The notes under the pieces are model-generated. The model was not told the DNA's origin and did no database searches. It was given only the letters and a program-made list of their open reading frames with translations. Of a stretch of DNA of 64,000 bases, positions 1-13,333 are shown piece by piece; the first letter of the stretch is position 1, and each line of letters begins with the position of its first letter. The stretch lies in contig OZ024743.1 in the NCBI GenBank assembly GCA_964016885.1, positions 199,950,001 to 200,014,000 of the forward strand. The letters are read 5' to 3'. Origin of the DNA: Eledone cirrhosa (Eukaryota). A program made the translations under genes and the position numbers.

Positions 1-294
<294 letters not shown>

Positions 295-711
295 AGAATA
301 GCTTATTTTAATATTAGATATCACTACACCCCCACCCTGTACTTATCAACCCCGAAAATAAGAAAGAAAGACAGAAGAATAGAAAGATTGAGCAAGTCTT
401 GAATCAGAACAGAAAAATATAATAAATGAAATAAAATAAAAACTTAACTATATACCTCCGCCGTCATTTTGCCTGAGACTTTAGTGATTCAGCAAAGCCA
501 CAGCATAATCGACTATTTCCCATCCCGTAAATATGTGGTGGTGCATCTATGCTAAAAGCAGTTGCAGACTGGCAGAACTGTGAGAGCCTAGCACAAAATG
601 CCGGGCAGTATTTAGTTTCGACCGTTTACGTTCTTACGAATTCAAATCCTACCAAGGTCAACGTTGCTTTACTGTGGTTCATTTAATCGACTTCACTGTC
701 CCAGATATTAC

Positions 712-910
712 CAGACCTGTCAACGCTCCCCGTCCGACTGGGAGATTTGCAATAGCTTTGGGATGGTTGAGAGATGACTTGACTTCTCTTGTGAAAATGG
801 GTATAGTTTTCAATATGTAAAATCTCCGTATTTTACCTCATTTCTATTCGTTTTGGGGCACTTTTTTGTATGGTACTCCCCGTTTGGGCTTTTAGAGGTT
901 GGCAGGTCTG
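712..910. mobile_element. Non-autonomous DNA transposon (MITE), copy 1, 6-bp TSD
   Basis: TIRs CAGACCTGTCAAC / GTTGGCAGGTCTG, with TATTAC on both flanks; second copy at 2897-3269. Confidence 0.8.
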
Positions 911-1786
911 TATTACTGGCCTTTCCCCTAAATTAGGAAACTTTTTTTGTAACGTACTATGAAGCTGGTGTTTCACATAGAGGGTATCTTTATAGTAAGA
1001 TATATTCATATTTCTACCGGGATTCAAGAAAAAAAATAACAGGTTTTATTTTGTTTTTTTGTAACATTTTCTTCTTCTTTTACAGCCGACAAAGTCCTAA
1101 CTCCAGTTAATGAACTAACAGACAATATTGCTAGAAATAAGATAAAAGTAAATTTAAAAACCTATGTTTCCGTAAAAACAACAGTAACTAATGTTTTCTA
1201 AATCTGGCAAAATGCCAATCCTTTTGGTAGAGGCAATACTCAATTTACTTTCCTTTTTCTTCATTTTATGAAGAATGATGTCCTCGGCGGAATAGAAACT
1301 CAGGACATTAAGGACTATAATTAAATACTGTAAGGCGTTTATGAGGAGTTTTGATGATTCATTAATTTACTACCCTTATTAACAATTTCAAGCACAAACT
1401 TATGGACGTGGTGTTATCGCATGTTTAACAAATTTGGCTCGCAATCATTAAGTCCTGAGTTCAAAACTTCTATCTGTCCTTTTAGACCTGTGTTATTTAC
1501 CATCTCTGTAGATCGACTAATTTTTCGTAAATTGAAATTAGATAGACTGAAACTGTTTGGAAGGCCGTCGGATTGACCGTGTCTCTAATTAAAAGGCCCG
1601 GGTTTAGCATACACTGTGTATCGCTAGATTTTTCTCAGAATTAAGTTATGGGTATATGTGGCTGTGGAATACTCAACCAATTACACGCTAATTTTATTAT
1701 TTAACAATTGGGACATTCGTCGTCAAATCAGATCATAAATATACGGTCACAGATTATTAGAGGATGTTACTATTAAATCTATACAA

Positions 1787-1905
1787 GTACTTGACTTAAA
1801 TCCATACTAGTACTTGACTTAAATCTATTCTAGTATGTTACTTAAATCTATACTAGTACTTTACTTAAATCTATACTAGTACTTTACTTATATCTATACT
1901 AGTAT
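1787..1905. repeat. Minisatellite, ~23-bp unit ACTTAAATCTATACTAGTACTT, about 5 copies
   Basis: Degenerate tandem unit visible directly. Confidence 0.8.
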
Positions 1906-2896
1906 TTTGCTGGTATTTAATTTATTGTTGCCGGAAGGATAGAAGGTAAAGTTAACATCAATGAGATTTGAACTCAGAACGTAAATAAACGAAAGGTATT
2001 TATTTCGCCAGGAACACAATATGGTTTGTAGTGAGGAAAGGAGTTATAGTCGTCTATATCATCTCAAGTATAATTAATAATGTTATTATTTTCTCAGTCC
2101 ATCAGAGTAGACAGTAGAGGTCGGTCCCGAAGGAATTTGATCTAAAAGATACAAGATTCTTATACAAAAACAACATTAAAGAGATGCTGTACTCTTAACG
2201 CAAAAGATAACACAAAAGTAGCTATTATAAGTAAGGTAAAAACATCAAACAGAAACATATTATTACCATTTATCATTAGAACTCTCACGTCACTAAAGGA
2301 ATGGATTTGGGATGTATTTGTTTTTAAATAGAAAATAGACTTAATCCATCGCTCGGCTTAACATAACCATGTGGCACTTGGATTTTTTCTTTATTTGTGT
2401 CTACTTTATTGTAAGCGTTTGAGTCAGATCTCCGGCCTGAAGACAAGGTCCTTCCTTTCTCCCATCAGTTTTGAAGACCTTGAAAAGTATCACGGGTGCT
2501 GCCTTTTATCTTTGGTCTAAGCCATTAAAAATTCCCTAGCAATAATTGTTTCTACTTTTGGCACAAGATCAGCAATCACCCCAGTGCATTACTAGTACTT
2601 TATTTTATGGCCCAGTAAGGATGAAAGGCAAAGTTAACCTCGGCGGGAATAATATCTATTAATTTCCTTCAGTCATATATTTATTTGCACGTTCACTCCC
2701 GACAAGGGTAATCCAGCATATTCAAATAGAATATATTGGAATAAGAAAATACCGCATGTAGCGAGAGGTGAAAGTGATTCTGGTCACGATGTTGTGCTTG
2801 TTTGTCATGACGTTTGTCTTCTCAGTGCTGACTGCCATTTCGTATCTGATGGCATCTTCGTTAAGATGGTTCATTAAGCTGTGGATTTCTCTTTTA

Positions 2897-3269
2897 CAGA
2901 CCTGTCAACTCTCCCCGTCCGACGGGGAGATCTCCTACCCACTTTGGGGTGGGTGAGAGATGTCTTCTCTTGTGAAAATGTGTATAGCTTTCATTATGTA
3001 AAATCTCCCCTAGAGGGTTGGACGCCATGTTTTCTAGCATAGTTACGTCCCTTTACAGTCTGAGTTCAAATCCCGCCGAGGTTAACTTTGCCTTTCATCC
3101 TTACGGGGTCGATAAAATGAAGTACCCGTAATGCACTGGTAATTGCTGGCCTTGTGCCTAAAGTAGAAACAATTATGTAAAATCTCCTCATTTTGCCTCA
3201 ATTTTATCCGTTTTGGGGCACCCTTTTCCATGGTACTCCTCGTTTGAGTGTTTAGAGGTTGCAGGTTTG
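2897..3269. mobile_element. MITE copy 2 with nested SINE
   Basis: CAGACCTGTCAAC...GTTGCAGGTTTG with CTTTTA on both flanks. The interior matches 712-910 apart from the SINE insertion. Confidence 0.8.
3009..3171 (+). mobile_element. tRNA-derived SINE, 5'-truncated, nested in the MITE
   Basis: B-box-like GAGTTCAAATCC plus the family body; flanked by a ~16-bp TSD ATTATGTAAAATCTCC. Confidence 0.85.
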
Positions 3270-4337
3270 CTTTTATTACCTGCTAGTTCATCGGTGTTAT
3301 CGGTGAATCTATGGTTGCTGACATTACTTCATCCCAATCTGGGGGCGCTAACCATCTGAATGACATATGTTTATCCAAAATGGTTGAGAACGAAAATGTT
3401 TCAAGTTCCTGAAATGATTGTATGAAACCTATATAAAATGTGATAGCTTGAAGGTGAACTTAGCGAGTACATATTCGAGAATATTACTTCGTGGATTTTC
3501 TGAGGTTTTCGGCTTCGAAATTTCGAATAACATTTTATCAACTTGTGTAAGTATTACTAAGGTTGTAATTTGGCAGGTAGTTAGAATGTTGGACAGAAGG
3601 CTTTGCGGTACTTGTTTCTGCTCTCTGTGCTCTGAGTTCAAATCTCACCAAAGACGAGCTCTATCTTTCAAGGTCGATACAAAAAATACAACCCCTACTG
3701 GATTCAATTATTCCTCTATATCTCCTCTCACTATCCTCGTATCTCTTCCCCTCTTTCTCTCTATTTCTAAAAGAAATCAGTTATATTCTATCCGCCAGAT
3801 ATATAATTTCAAGATAGGCCGTACATTACAGCAGTATTCCTATAACTTCACCAGGAGTTAAAGGCTGATGAATAAGTGTAAATCAACATAGAATTGTTAA
3901 TACCTAACATTTCTACAAGTATTGGTGTACATTAAATGTGATAGAGTTAGTATATATGAAGTGTTCGAGGCTGCAAGACCCAACAGATCACCTATACATG
4001 TTAAGTTGCAGAGTAAATATAGTTATATGGTATAGGCCAAAGGGTGGACCCTTTTTGTTTCGGCTAGCTGTTAGGTTCATTAACGATTTCTATAAATGCT
4101 TTTGTGTATTTGGACATTATCGATGTATTGACGGAGTAAAACACACTTCAACAACATGTATGCCTGTCTTTCCCACACCAATTAGGACTGCCTGAAGAGG
4201 TCACAGCCAATGATGGTTGTCACCGAAATATATATATGAGAAATAACAACACAACCCGGAGCTGGATATATCGATGTATTGACGGAGTAAAACACTCTTC
4301 AACAACATGTGTACCTGTCTTTCCAACACCAATTCGG

Positions 4338-4392
4338 ATTGCCTGAAGAGGTCACAGCCAATGATGGTTGTCACCGAAATATATATAGCAGT
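4338..4392 (+). ncRNA. Type I hammerhead ribozyme, canonical core
   Basis: ATTGC-CTGAAGA-[GGTCACAGCCA atga TGGTTGTCACC]-GAAA-TATATA-TA-GCAGT. Stem I is ATTGC/GCAGT and stem III is the palindrome ATATATAT. The upstream copy (4187-4236) lacks the 3' strand of stem I. Confidence 0.75.
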
Positions 4393-4395
4393 ATA

Positions 4396-5258
4396 TCTAT
4401 AATCTATATATATAAAGCTGTGGTTGTCTGTCTGTCTATCGATTTTTGGCACACATCTTCTCTTAGAATCTCTGACGGAATTGCACCGAAATTGCTATAC
4501 TTGTACATTGAGCCATAGCGAAGACAACGGAAAAAAAATATTTCAAATTGACCCCCCCCTATGTGACGAAATCGAATCTAATGTATCGATTTTTGAGCGT
4601 AAGTGACGAGTTATTTCCCTTTGTTCTATATATATAAAGCTGTGGTTGTCTGTCTGTCTATCGATTTTTGGCACACATCTCCTCTTAGAATCTCTGACAG
4701 AATTGCACCGAAATTGTTATACTTGTACATTGAGCCCTAGCGAAGACATCGGAAAAAAATATTTCAAATTGACCCACCCTATGTGACGAAATCGAATCTA
4801 ATGTATCGATTTTTGAGCGTAAGTGACGAGTTATTTCCCTTTGTTCTGTTTACATTTTCTGCGTGCAAAAATAAAAAAAATTACGCTGGCTTTCTCAGCG
4901 TTTAAAATGACATTAACACAATACACGAACAGTTGTCGAGCCAGCAAAATTTTGACCTGCAAAATTCATCAGTTCGAACACTAAGCTTCCGTTTTGCTTC
5001 ATTTCCATTTAAAAGCCTTTTAAAACAATATTTTTACTTGAAAACAAGTCTATTTAAAGACTACGTAAAACAAGCAAATATTTCGTAAAAAAAAGCAAAA
5101 TTTATATAAGTTTATTTAAAATATATGTATCTGTAAATTTCGTTAGGCGTGCAGACAGACAGTCGTGCAGAGAGACTTTAAGCCAAAAAAGAAACTTAAT
5201 ATTGTAACTTTAACACAGCTACTGAGCGACCCCGAGCAACACCGGGCTTTACTGCTAG
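4396..5258 (+). mobile_element. Non-autonomous Helitron with internal 222-bp tandem duplication
   Basis: Starts A|TCTATAATCTATATATATAAAGCTG, has subterminal hairpin CCCGAGCAACACCGGG and ends CTAG|T; no TSD. 4404-4625 is repeated at 4626-4847. Confidence 0.85.
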
Positions 5259-5789
5259 TTTATAATAAACGAAGCCAAATTTTACATATTTGACTTAATT
5301 ATTTTACATTACTCCGGAGTAAACAAACCAACCTGCGTACTTCGTCGAGTGCTCCAATCTGCATACTGAGTTGTCGGTAAACAACCAACATATACTAAAC
5401 AAAATACATATATATGAAGTGTTCACGGTTCGGAGACCCTGAAGATCGCTTGATGCATGTTAAGTTGCAGAATAGATATAACTATATGATATAAACCCAA
5501 CAGAGGGCCCCTCTCCGTTTCAGCCGGCTATCAGGGTCGCTAGCAATTTCTATAAATGTTGTTGTCCGTTAGTAGCTGTGATATAGTTTAGTACATTTTA
5601 TAAAGAAGGTGAATTAATAGTGTCTGGTTGTTAGTAGGTGATGCTGACTTAAACTAGGTTGTTGGGTTCCTCCTCCTCCTCCAATTCATCTCTCCCTCCT
5701 CCCTTCACTAATATAATTGGTATTGTTGTTATTGCTATTGTTGCTACAGTTTCTATCTTATTCTTCCTATATTGACCTTCATATTTCAT

Positions 5790-6093
5790 CTATTGTTGTT
5801 GGTGTCGTTATTACAGCTGCTCCTATTCCTATTGTTTCTCTTCACGACCTTGCTGCTGCTGTTGTGGCTGCTGCTGCTGCTACTACTGATGCTACTGTTG
5901 CTGCTGCTGTTGCTGCTACTGATACTGCTGCTGATGCTGCTGCTACTGAAGCTACTGATGCTGCTGCTACTAAAGCTACTGATGCTGCTGCTGTTGTTGC
6001 TACTGTTGCTGCTGCTGCTGCTAATGATGATGCTGCTGCTGCTGCTACTGATGTAACTGACGCTGCTGCTGTTGCTGCTACTATTGCTGCTGC

Positions 6094-6124
<31 letters not shown>

Positions 6125-8637
6125 ACTGTTGCTGCTGTATTGCTGCTACTGATGCTGCTGCTGTGTTGCTGCTACTGATGCTGCTGCTGATGTTGCTGCT
6201 ACTGATGCTGCTGCTGTTGCTATTGTTGCTACTGGTGCTGCTGATGATGATGATAATGCTGCTGCTGTTGCTGCTACTAATGCTGCTGGTATTGCTATTG
6301 TTGCTACTGGTGCTGCTGTTGATGATGATAATGCTGCTGCTGTTGCTGCTACTGATGCTGCTGCTGTATGCCAGTGATGCTGCTGCTGCTGTTGTTGCTG
6401 CTGTTGTTGCCGCAGTTGTTGCTGCAGTTGCTGTCAACATTGTTGTTGTAGTTGTTGTTGTTATTATTCTAGTTGTTATTGTTATTGATGTTGTTATTGC
6501 TGCTGTTGATAATGAAAATAACATTGTTATTGCTGCTGCTGCTGCTGTTGTTGTTGGTAGTGGTGGTGTTGTTGGTGGTGTTGTTGTTGGTGTTGTTGGT
6601 GGTGTTGTTGTTGTTGGTGGTGTTGTTGGTGTTGTTGTTGGTGGTGTTGTTGGTGTTGTTGTTGGTGGTGTTGTTGGTGTTGTTGTTGGTGGTGTTGTTG
6701 GTGTTGGTGGTGTTGTTGGTGGTGGTGTTGTTGTTGGTGGTGTTGTTGGTGTTGTTGTTGTTGGTGGTGTTGTTGGTGGTGTTGTTGGTGTTGTTGGTGG
6801 TGGTGTTGTTGTTGGTGGTGTTGTTGGTGTTGTTGTTGTTGGTGGTGTTGTTGTTGGTGTTGTTGGTGGTGTTGTTGTTGTTGGTGGTGTTGTTGGTGTT
6901 GTTGGTGGTGTTGTTGGTGTTGTTGTTGGTGGTGTTGTTGGTGGTGTTGTTGGTGTTGTTGGTGGTGTTGTTGGTGGTGGTGTTGTTGTTGGTGGTGTTG
7001 TTGGTGGTGTTGTTGGTGTTGTTGGTGGTGGTGTTGTTGTTGGTGGTGTTGTTGGTGGTGTTGTTGTTGGTGGTGTTGTTGTGGTGTTGTTGGTGGTGTT
7101 GTTGTTGTTGGTGGTGTTGTTGTTGGTGTTGTTGGTGGTGTTGTTGTTGTTGGTGGTGTTGTTGGTGGTGTTGTTGGTGGTGTTGTTGGTGTTGTTGGTG
7201 GTGTTGTTGGTGGTGGTGTTGCTGTTGGTGGTGTTGTTGTTGTTGTTGGTGGTGTTGTTGGTGGTGTTGTTGGTGTTGTTGGTGGTGGTGTTGTTGTTGG
7301 TGGTGTTGTTGGTGTTGTTGTTGTTGGTGGTGTTGTTGTGGTGTTGTTGGTGGTGTTGTTGTTGGTGGTGGTGTTGTTGTTGGTGGTGGTGTTGTTGTTG
7401 GTGGTGTTGTTGGTGGTGGGGGTGTTGTTGGTGGTGTTGTTGTTGGTGGTGGTGTTGTTGTTGGTAGTGGTGGTGTTGTTGGTGGTGGTGTTGTTGGTGG
7501 TGTTGTTGGTGGTGGTGTTGTTGTTGGTGGTGGTGTTGTTGGTGGTGTTGTTGTTGTTGGTGGCGTTGTGGGTGGTGTTGTTGTTGTTGGTGGTGTTGTT
7601 GTTGTTGGTGGTGTTGTGGGTAGTGTTGTTGTTGTTGGTGGTGTTGTTGTTGGTGGTGGTGTTGTTGGTGGTGGTGTTGTTGTTGGTGGTGGTGTTGTTG
7701 GTGGTGTTGTTGTTGTTGGTGGTGTTGTGGGTGGTGTTGTTGTTGTTGGTGGTGTTGTTGTTGGTGGTGGTGTTGTTGGTGGTGTTGTTGGTGGTGGTGT
7801 TGTTGTTGGTGGTGGTGTTGTTGGTGGTGTTGTTGTTGTTGGTGGCGTTGTGGGTGGTGTTGTTGTTGTTGGTGGTGTTGTTGTTGTTGGTGGTGTTGTG
7901 GGTAGTGTTGTTGTTGTTGGTGGTGTTGTTGTTGGTGGTGGTGTTGTTGGTGGTGGTGTTGTTGTTGGTGGTGGTGTTGTTGGTGGTGTTGTTGTTGTTG
8001 GTGGTGTTGTGGGTGGTGTTGTTGTTGTTGGTGGTGTTGTTGTTGGTGGTGGTGTTGTTGGTGGTGTTGTTGGTGGTGGTGTTGTTGGTGGTGTTGTTGT
8101 TGTTGGTGGTGTTGTTGTTGGTGGTGATGTTGTTGGTGGTGTTGTTGGTGGTGGTGTTGTTGGTGGTGTTGTTGTTGTTGGTGGTGTTGTTGGTGGTGGT
8201 GTTGTTTGTGGTGTTGTTATTGGTGGTGTTGTTGTTGGTGTTGTTGGTGGTGTTGTTGTTGTTGGTGGTGTTGTTGTTGGTGTTGTTGTTGGTGGTGTTG
8301 TTGGTGGTGGTGGTGTTGTTGTTGGTGGTGTTGCTGTTGGTGGTGGTGTTGTTGGTGGTGTTGTTGGTGGTGGGGGTGTTGTTGGTGGTGTTGTTGTTGT
8401 TGGTGGTGTTGTTGTTGGTGGTGGTGTTGTTGGTGGTGTTGTTGGTGGTGGTGTTGTTGGTGGTGTTGTTGTTGGTGGTGGTGTTGTTTGTGGTGTTGTT
8501 GTTGGTGGTGTTGTTGTTGGTGGTGTTGTTGGTGGTGGTGGTGTTGTTGTTGGTGGTGTTGCTGTTGGTGGTGGTGTTGTTGGTGGTGTTGTTGGTGGTG
8601 GGAGTGTTGTTGGTAGTGTTGTTGTTGGTGTTGTTGG

Positions 8638-8683
<46 letters not shown>

Positions 8684-11600
8684 GGTGTTGTTGGTGGTGT
8701 TGTTGGTGGTGGTGGTGTTGTTGTTGGTGGTGTTGTTGTTGGTGTTGTTGTTGTTGTTGGTGGTGTTGTTGGTGGTGTTGTTGGTGTTGTTGGTGGTGGT
8801 GTTGTTGTTGGTGGTGTTGTTGGTGTTGTTGTTGTTGGTGGTGTTGTTGTGGTGTAGTTGGTGGTGTTGTTGTTGTTGGTGGTGTTGTTGTTGGTGGTGT
8901 TGTTGTTGTTGGTGGTGTTGTTGGTGGTGGGGGTGTTGTTGGTGGTGTTGTTGTTGGTGGTGGTGTTGTTGATGGCAGTGGTGGTGTTGTTGGTGGTGGT
9001 GTTGTTGGTGGTTTTGTTGGTGGTGGTGTTGTTGGTGGTGTTGTGGGTGGTGTTGTTGTTGATGGTGGTGTTGTTGTTGGTGGTGGTGTTGTTGGTGGTG
9101 TTGTTGGTGGTGGTGTTGTTGGTGGTGTTGTTGTTGTTGGTGGTGTTGTTGGTGGTGGTGTTGTTTGTGGTGTTGTTATTGGTGGTGTTGTTGTTGGTGT
9201 TGTTGGTGGTGTTGTTGTTGTTGGTGGTGTTGTTGTTGGTGTTGTTGTTGGTGGTGTTGTTGGTGGTGGTGGTGTTGTTGTTGGTGGTGTTGCTGTTGGT
9301 GGTGGTGTTGTTGGTGGTGTTGTTGGTGGTGGGGGTGTTGTTGGTGGTGTTGTTGGTGGTGTTGTTGTTGTTGTTGGTGGTGTTGTTGTTGGTGGTGGTG
9401 TTGTTGGTGGTGTTGTTGGTGGTGGTGTTGTTGGTGGTGTTGTTGTTGGTGGTGGTGTTGTTTGTGGTGTTGTTGTTGGTGGTGTTGTTGTTGGTGGTGT
9501 TGTTGGTGGTGGTGGTGTTGTTGTTGGTGGTGTTGCTGTTGGTGGTGGTGTTGTTGGTGGTGTTGTTGGTGGTGGGGGTGTTGTTGGTAGTGTTGTTGTT
9601 GGTGTTGTTGGTGGTGGTGTTGTTGTTGTTGGTGGTGTTGTTGTTGGTGGTGGTGTTGTTGGTGGTGATGTTGGGGGTGGGGTGGGGGTGGGGGTGGTGT
9701 TGTTGTTGGTGTTGTTGTTGTTGGTGATGTTGTTGGTGGTGGGGTTGTTGTTGGTGGGGTTGTTGTTGGTGTTGTTGGTGGTGTTGTTGTTGTTGGTGGT
9801 GTTGTTGTTGGTGTTGTTGGTGGTATTGTTGTTGTTGGTGGTGTTGTTGCTGGTGGTGTTGTTGTTGGTGGTGATGTTGTTGGTGGTGTTGTTGGTGGTG
9901 GTGGTGTTGTTGGTGGTGTTGTTGGTGGTGGGGGTGTTGTTGGTGGTCTTGTTGTTGGTGTTGTTGGTGGTGTTGTTGTTGTTGGTGGTGGTGTTGTTGG
10001 TGGTGTTGTTGGTGGTGTTGTTGGTGGTGTTGTTGGTGATGTTGTTGTTGGTGGTGGTGTTGTTGGTGGTGGTGTTGCTGGTGGTGTTGTTGGTGGTGGT
10101 GGTGTTGTTATTGTTGGTGTTGTTTGTGGTGTTGTTGTTGGTGTTGTTGGTGGTGTTGTTGTTGGTGGTGGTGTTGTTGTTGGTGCTGGTGTTGTTGGTG
10201 GAGGTGTTGTTGGTGGTGTTGTTGTTGGTGGTGCTGTTGTTATTGGTGGTGTTGTTGTTGGTGGTGGTGTTGTTGGTGGTGTTGTTGGTGGTGGGGGTGT
10301 TGTTGTTGGTGGTGTTGTTGTTGGTGGTGTTGTTGTTGGTGGTGTTGTTGGTGGTGGGGGTGTTGTTGGTGGTGTTGCAGTTGTTGTTGTTGGTGGTGTT
10401 GTTGTTGGTGGTGTTGTTGTTGGTGGTGTTGTTGTTGGTGGTGCTGCTGTTGTTGGTGGTGCTGTTGTTGTTGGTGGTGGTGCTTTTGGTGGTGGTGGTG
10501 CTGTTGGTTGTGGTGTTGCAGTTGTTGTTGTTGTTGTTGTTGTTGGTTGTGGTGTTGCAGTTGTTGTTGTTGTTGGTGTTGTTGTTGTTGGTGGTGGTGT
10601 TGCAGGTGTTGTTGTTGTTGGTGGTGTTGTTGTTGGTGGTGGTGTTGTTGGTTGTGCTGTTGCAGTTGTTGTTGTTGTTGGTGGTGTTGTTATTGGTGGT
10701 GGTGTTGTTGGTTGTGGTGTTGCAGTTGTTGTTGTTGTTGTTGTTGGTGGTGTTGTTGTTGGTGGTGGTGTTGTTGGTTGTGCTGTTGCAGTTGTTGTTG
10801 TTGTTGGCGGTGGTGTTGTTGTTGGTGGTGGTGTTGTTGTTGCTGGTGGTGTTGTTGGTTATGGTGTTGTTGGTGGTGTTGTTGTTGGTGGTGTTATTGT
10901 TGGTTATGGTGTTGCAGTTGTTGTTGTTGGTGTTGTTGTTGGTGATGGTGTCGTTGGTGGTGGTGTTGTTGGTTGTGGTGTTGCAGGTGTTGTTGTTGTT
11001 GTTGGTGGTGTTGTTGTGCTGTTGCAGTTGTTGTTGTTGTTGTTGGTGGTGTGTTGGTTGTGTTGTTGCAGTTGTTGTTGTTGTTGGTGGTGGTGTTGTT
11101 GTTGGTGGTTGTGGTGTTGTTGGTTGTGGTGTTGCAGTTGTTGTTGTTGTTGGTGGTGTTGTTGTTGTTGGTGGTGGTGTTGTTGGTTGTGGTGATGCAG
11201 TTCTTGTTGGTTGTGGTGGTGGTGGTGTTGGTTGTGGTGTTGCAGTTATTGTTGTTGTTGTTGGTGGTGGTGGTGTTGTTGGTTGTGCTGTTGCAGTTGT
11301 TGTTGTTGTTTGTCGTGTTGTTGTTGGTTGTGGTGTTGCAGGTGTTGTTATTGTTTTTGGTGGTGTTGTTGTTGGTGGTGGTTTTGTTGGTTGTGCTGTT
11401 GCAGTTGTTGTTGTTGTTGTTGGTGGTGGTGTTGTTGTTGGTGGTGTTGTTGTTGGTGGTGTTGTTGTTGGTGGTGCTGTTGTTGTTGGTGGTGCTGTTG
11501 TTGTTGGTGGTGGTGCTTTTGGTGGTGGTGGTGCTGTTGGTTGTGGTGTTGCAGTTGTTGTTGTAGTTGGTGGTGGTGTTGTTGGTTCTGGTATTGCAGT

Positions 11601-13191
11601 TGTTGGTGTTGTTGTTGGTGGTGTTGTTGGTTGTGGTGTTGCAGTTGTTGTTGTTGTTGGTGGTGGTGTTGTTGTTGGTGGTGTTGTTGGTGGTGTTGTT
11701 GTTGGTGGTGGTGGTGTGTCGGTTGTGGTATTGCAGGTGTTGTTGTTGTTGTTGGTGGTGGTGTTGTTGGTGGTGGTGTTGTTGGTTATGGTGTTGCAGG
11801 TGTTGTTGTTGATGTTGTTGGTGTTGTTGTTGGTGGTGCTGTTATTGGTGGTGGTGTTGTTGGTTGCGCTGTTGCAGGTGTTGTTGTTGTTGGTGGTGGT
11901 GTTGTTGTGGTGTTGCAGTTATTGTTGTTGTTGGTGGTGTGTTGGTTGTGGTGTTGCAGTTGTTGTTGTTGTTGTTGTTGCTGGTTGTGGTGTTGCAGTT
12001 GTTGTTGTTGGTGGTGTTGTTGTTGGTGGTGGTGTTGCAGGTGTTGTTGTTGGTGGTGTTGTTGTTGGTGTTGGTGGTGTTGTTGGTTGTGCTGTTGCAG
12101 TTGTTGTTGTTGTTGGTGGTGTTGTTGTTGGTGGTGGTGTTGTTGGTTGTGGTGTTGCAGTTGTTGTTGTTGTTGTTGCTGGTTGTGGTGTTGCAGTTGT
12201 TGTTGTTGTTGGTGGTGGTTATGGTGTTGCAGGTGTTGTTGTTGTTGGTGGTGGTGTTGTTGGTTATGGTGTTGCAGTTGTTGTTGTTGATGTTGTTGGT
12301 GTTGTTGTTGGTGGTGGTGTTGTTGGTGGTGGTGTTGTTGGTTGCGGTGTTGCAGGTGTTGTTGTTGTTGGTGGTGGTGTTGTTGTGGTGTTGCAGTTAT
12401 TGTTGTTGTTGGTCGTGTGTTGGTTGTGGTGTTGCAGTTGTTGTTGTTGTTGTTGTTGCTGGTTGTGGTGTTGCAGTTGTTGTTGTTGTTGGTGGTGGTG
12501 TTGTTGGTTGTGGTGTTGCAGTTGTTGTTGTTGTTGGTGGTGTTGTTGTTGGTGGTGGTGTTGCAGGTGTTGTTGTTGTTGGTGGTGTTGTTGTTGGTGG
12601 TGGTGGTGTTGTTGGTTGTGCTGTTGCAGTTGTTGTTGTTGTTGGTGGTGTTGTTGTTGGTGGTGGTGTTGTTGGTTGTGGTGTTGCAGTTGTTGTTGTT
12701 GTTGTTGTTGCTGGTTGTGGTGTTGCAGTTGTTGTTGTTGTTGGTGGTGGTGTTGTTGGTTGTGGTGTTGCAGTTGTTGTTGTTGTTGGTGGTGGTGGTG
12801 TTGCAGGTGTTGTTGTTGTTGGTGGTGGTGTTGTTGGTTGTGCTGTTGCAGTTGTTGTTGTTGTTGGTGGTGTTGTTGTTGGTGGCGGTGTTGTTGGTTG
12901 TGCTGTTGCAGTTGTTGTTGTTGTTGTTGTTGGTGTTGCTGGTTGTGGTGTTGCAGTTGTTGTTGTTGTTGGTGGTGTTGTTGTTGGTGGTGGTGTTGTT
13001 GGTTGTGCTGTTGCAGTTGTTGTTGTTGTTGGCGGTGGTGTTGTTGTTGGTGGTGGTGTTGTTGTTGCTGGTGGTGTTGTTGGTTATGGTGTTGTTGGTG
13101 GTGTGTTGGTGGTGTTGTTGCAGTTGTTGTTGTTGTTGTTGGTGGTGGTGTTGTTGTTGGTGGTTGTGGTGTTGTTGGTTGTGGTGTTGCA

Positions 13192-13222
<31 letters not shown>

Positions 13223-13302
13223 TTGTTGGTTGTGCTGTTGCAGTTGTTGTTGTTGTTGGTGGTGTTGTTGTTGGTGGCGGTGTTGTTGGTTGTGGTGTTG
13301 CA

Positions 13303-13333
<31 letters not shown>

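Larger units (their letters stand above)
3950..5558 (+). mobile_element. Degenerate tandem HHR-bearing element (retrozyme or Penelope pLTR-like) interrupted by a Helitron
   Basis: 3950-4100 is homologous to 5408-5558. A 151-bp local duplication carries the HHR core twice. The period is ~445 bp after removing the Helitron and the duplication. Confidence 0.55.

Noticed and set aside
2430-2496. CTGAAGA...GAAA with AAGGT/ACCTT stem
   Set aside because: Stems I and III are mismatched; at best a very old relic.
3785-3860. Minus-strand CTGGTGA...GAAA motif
   Set aside because: Core mutated and no stem I.
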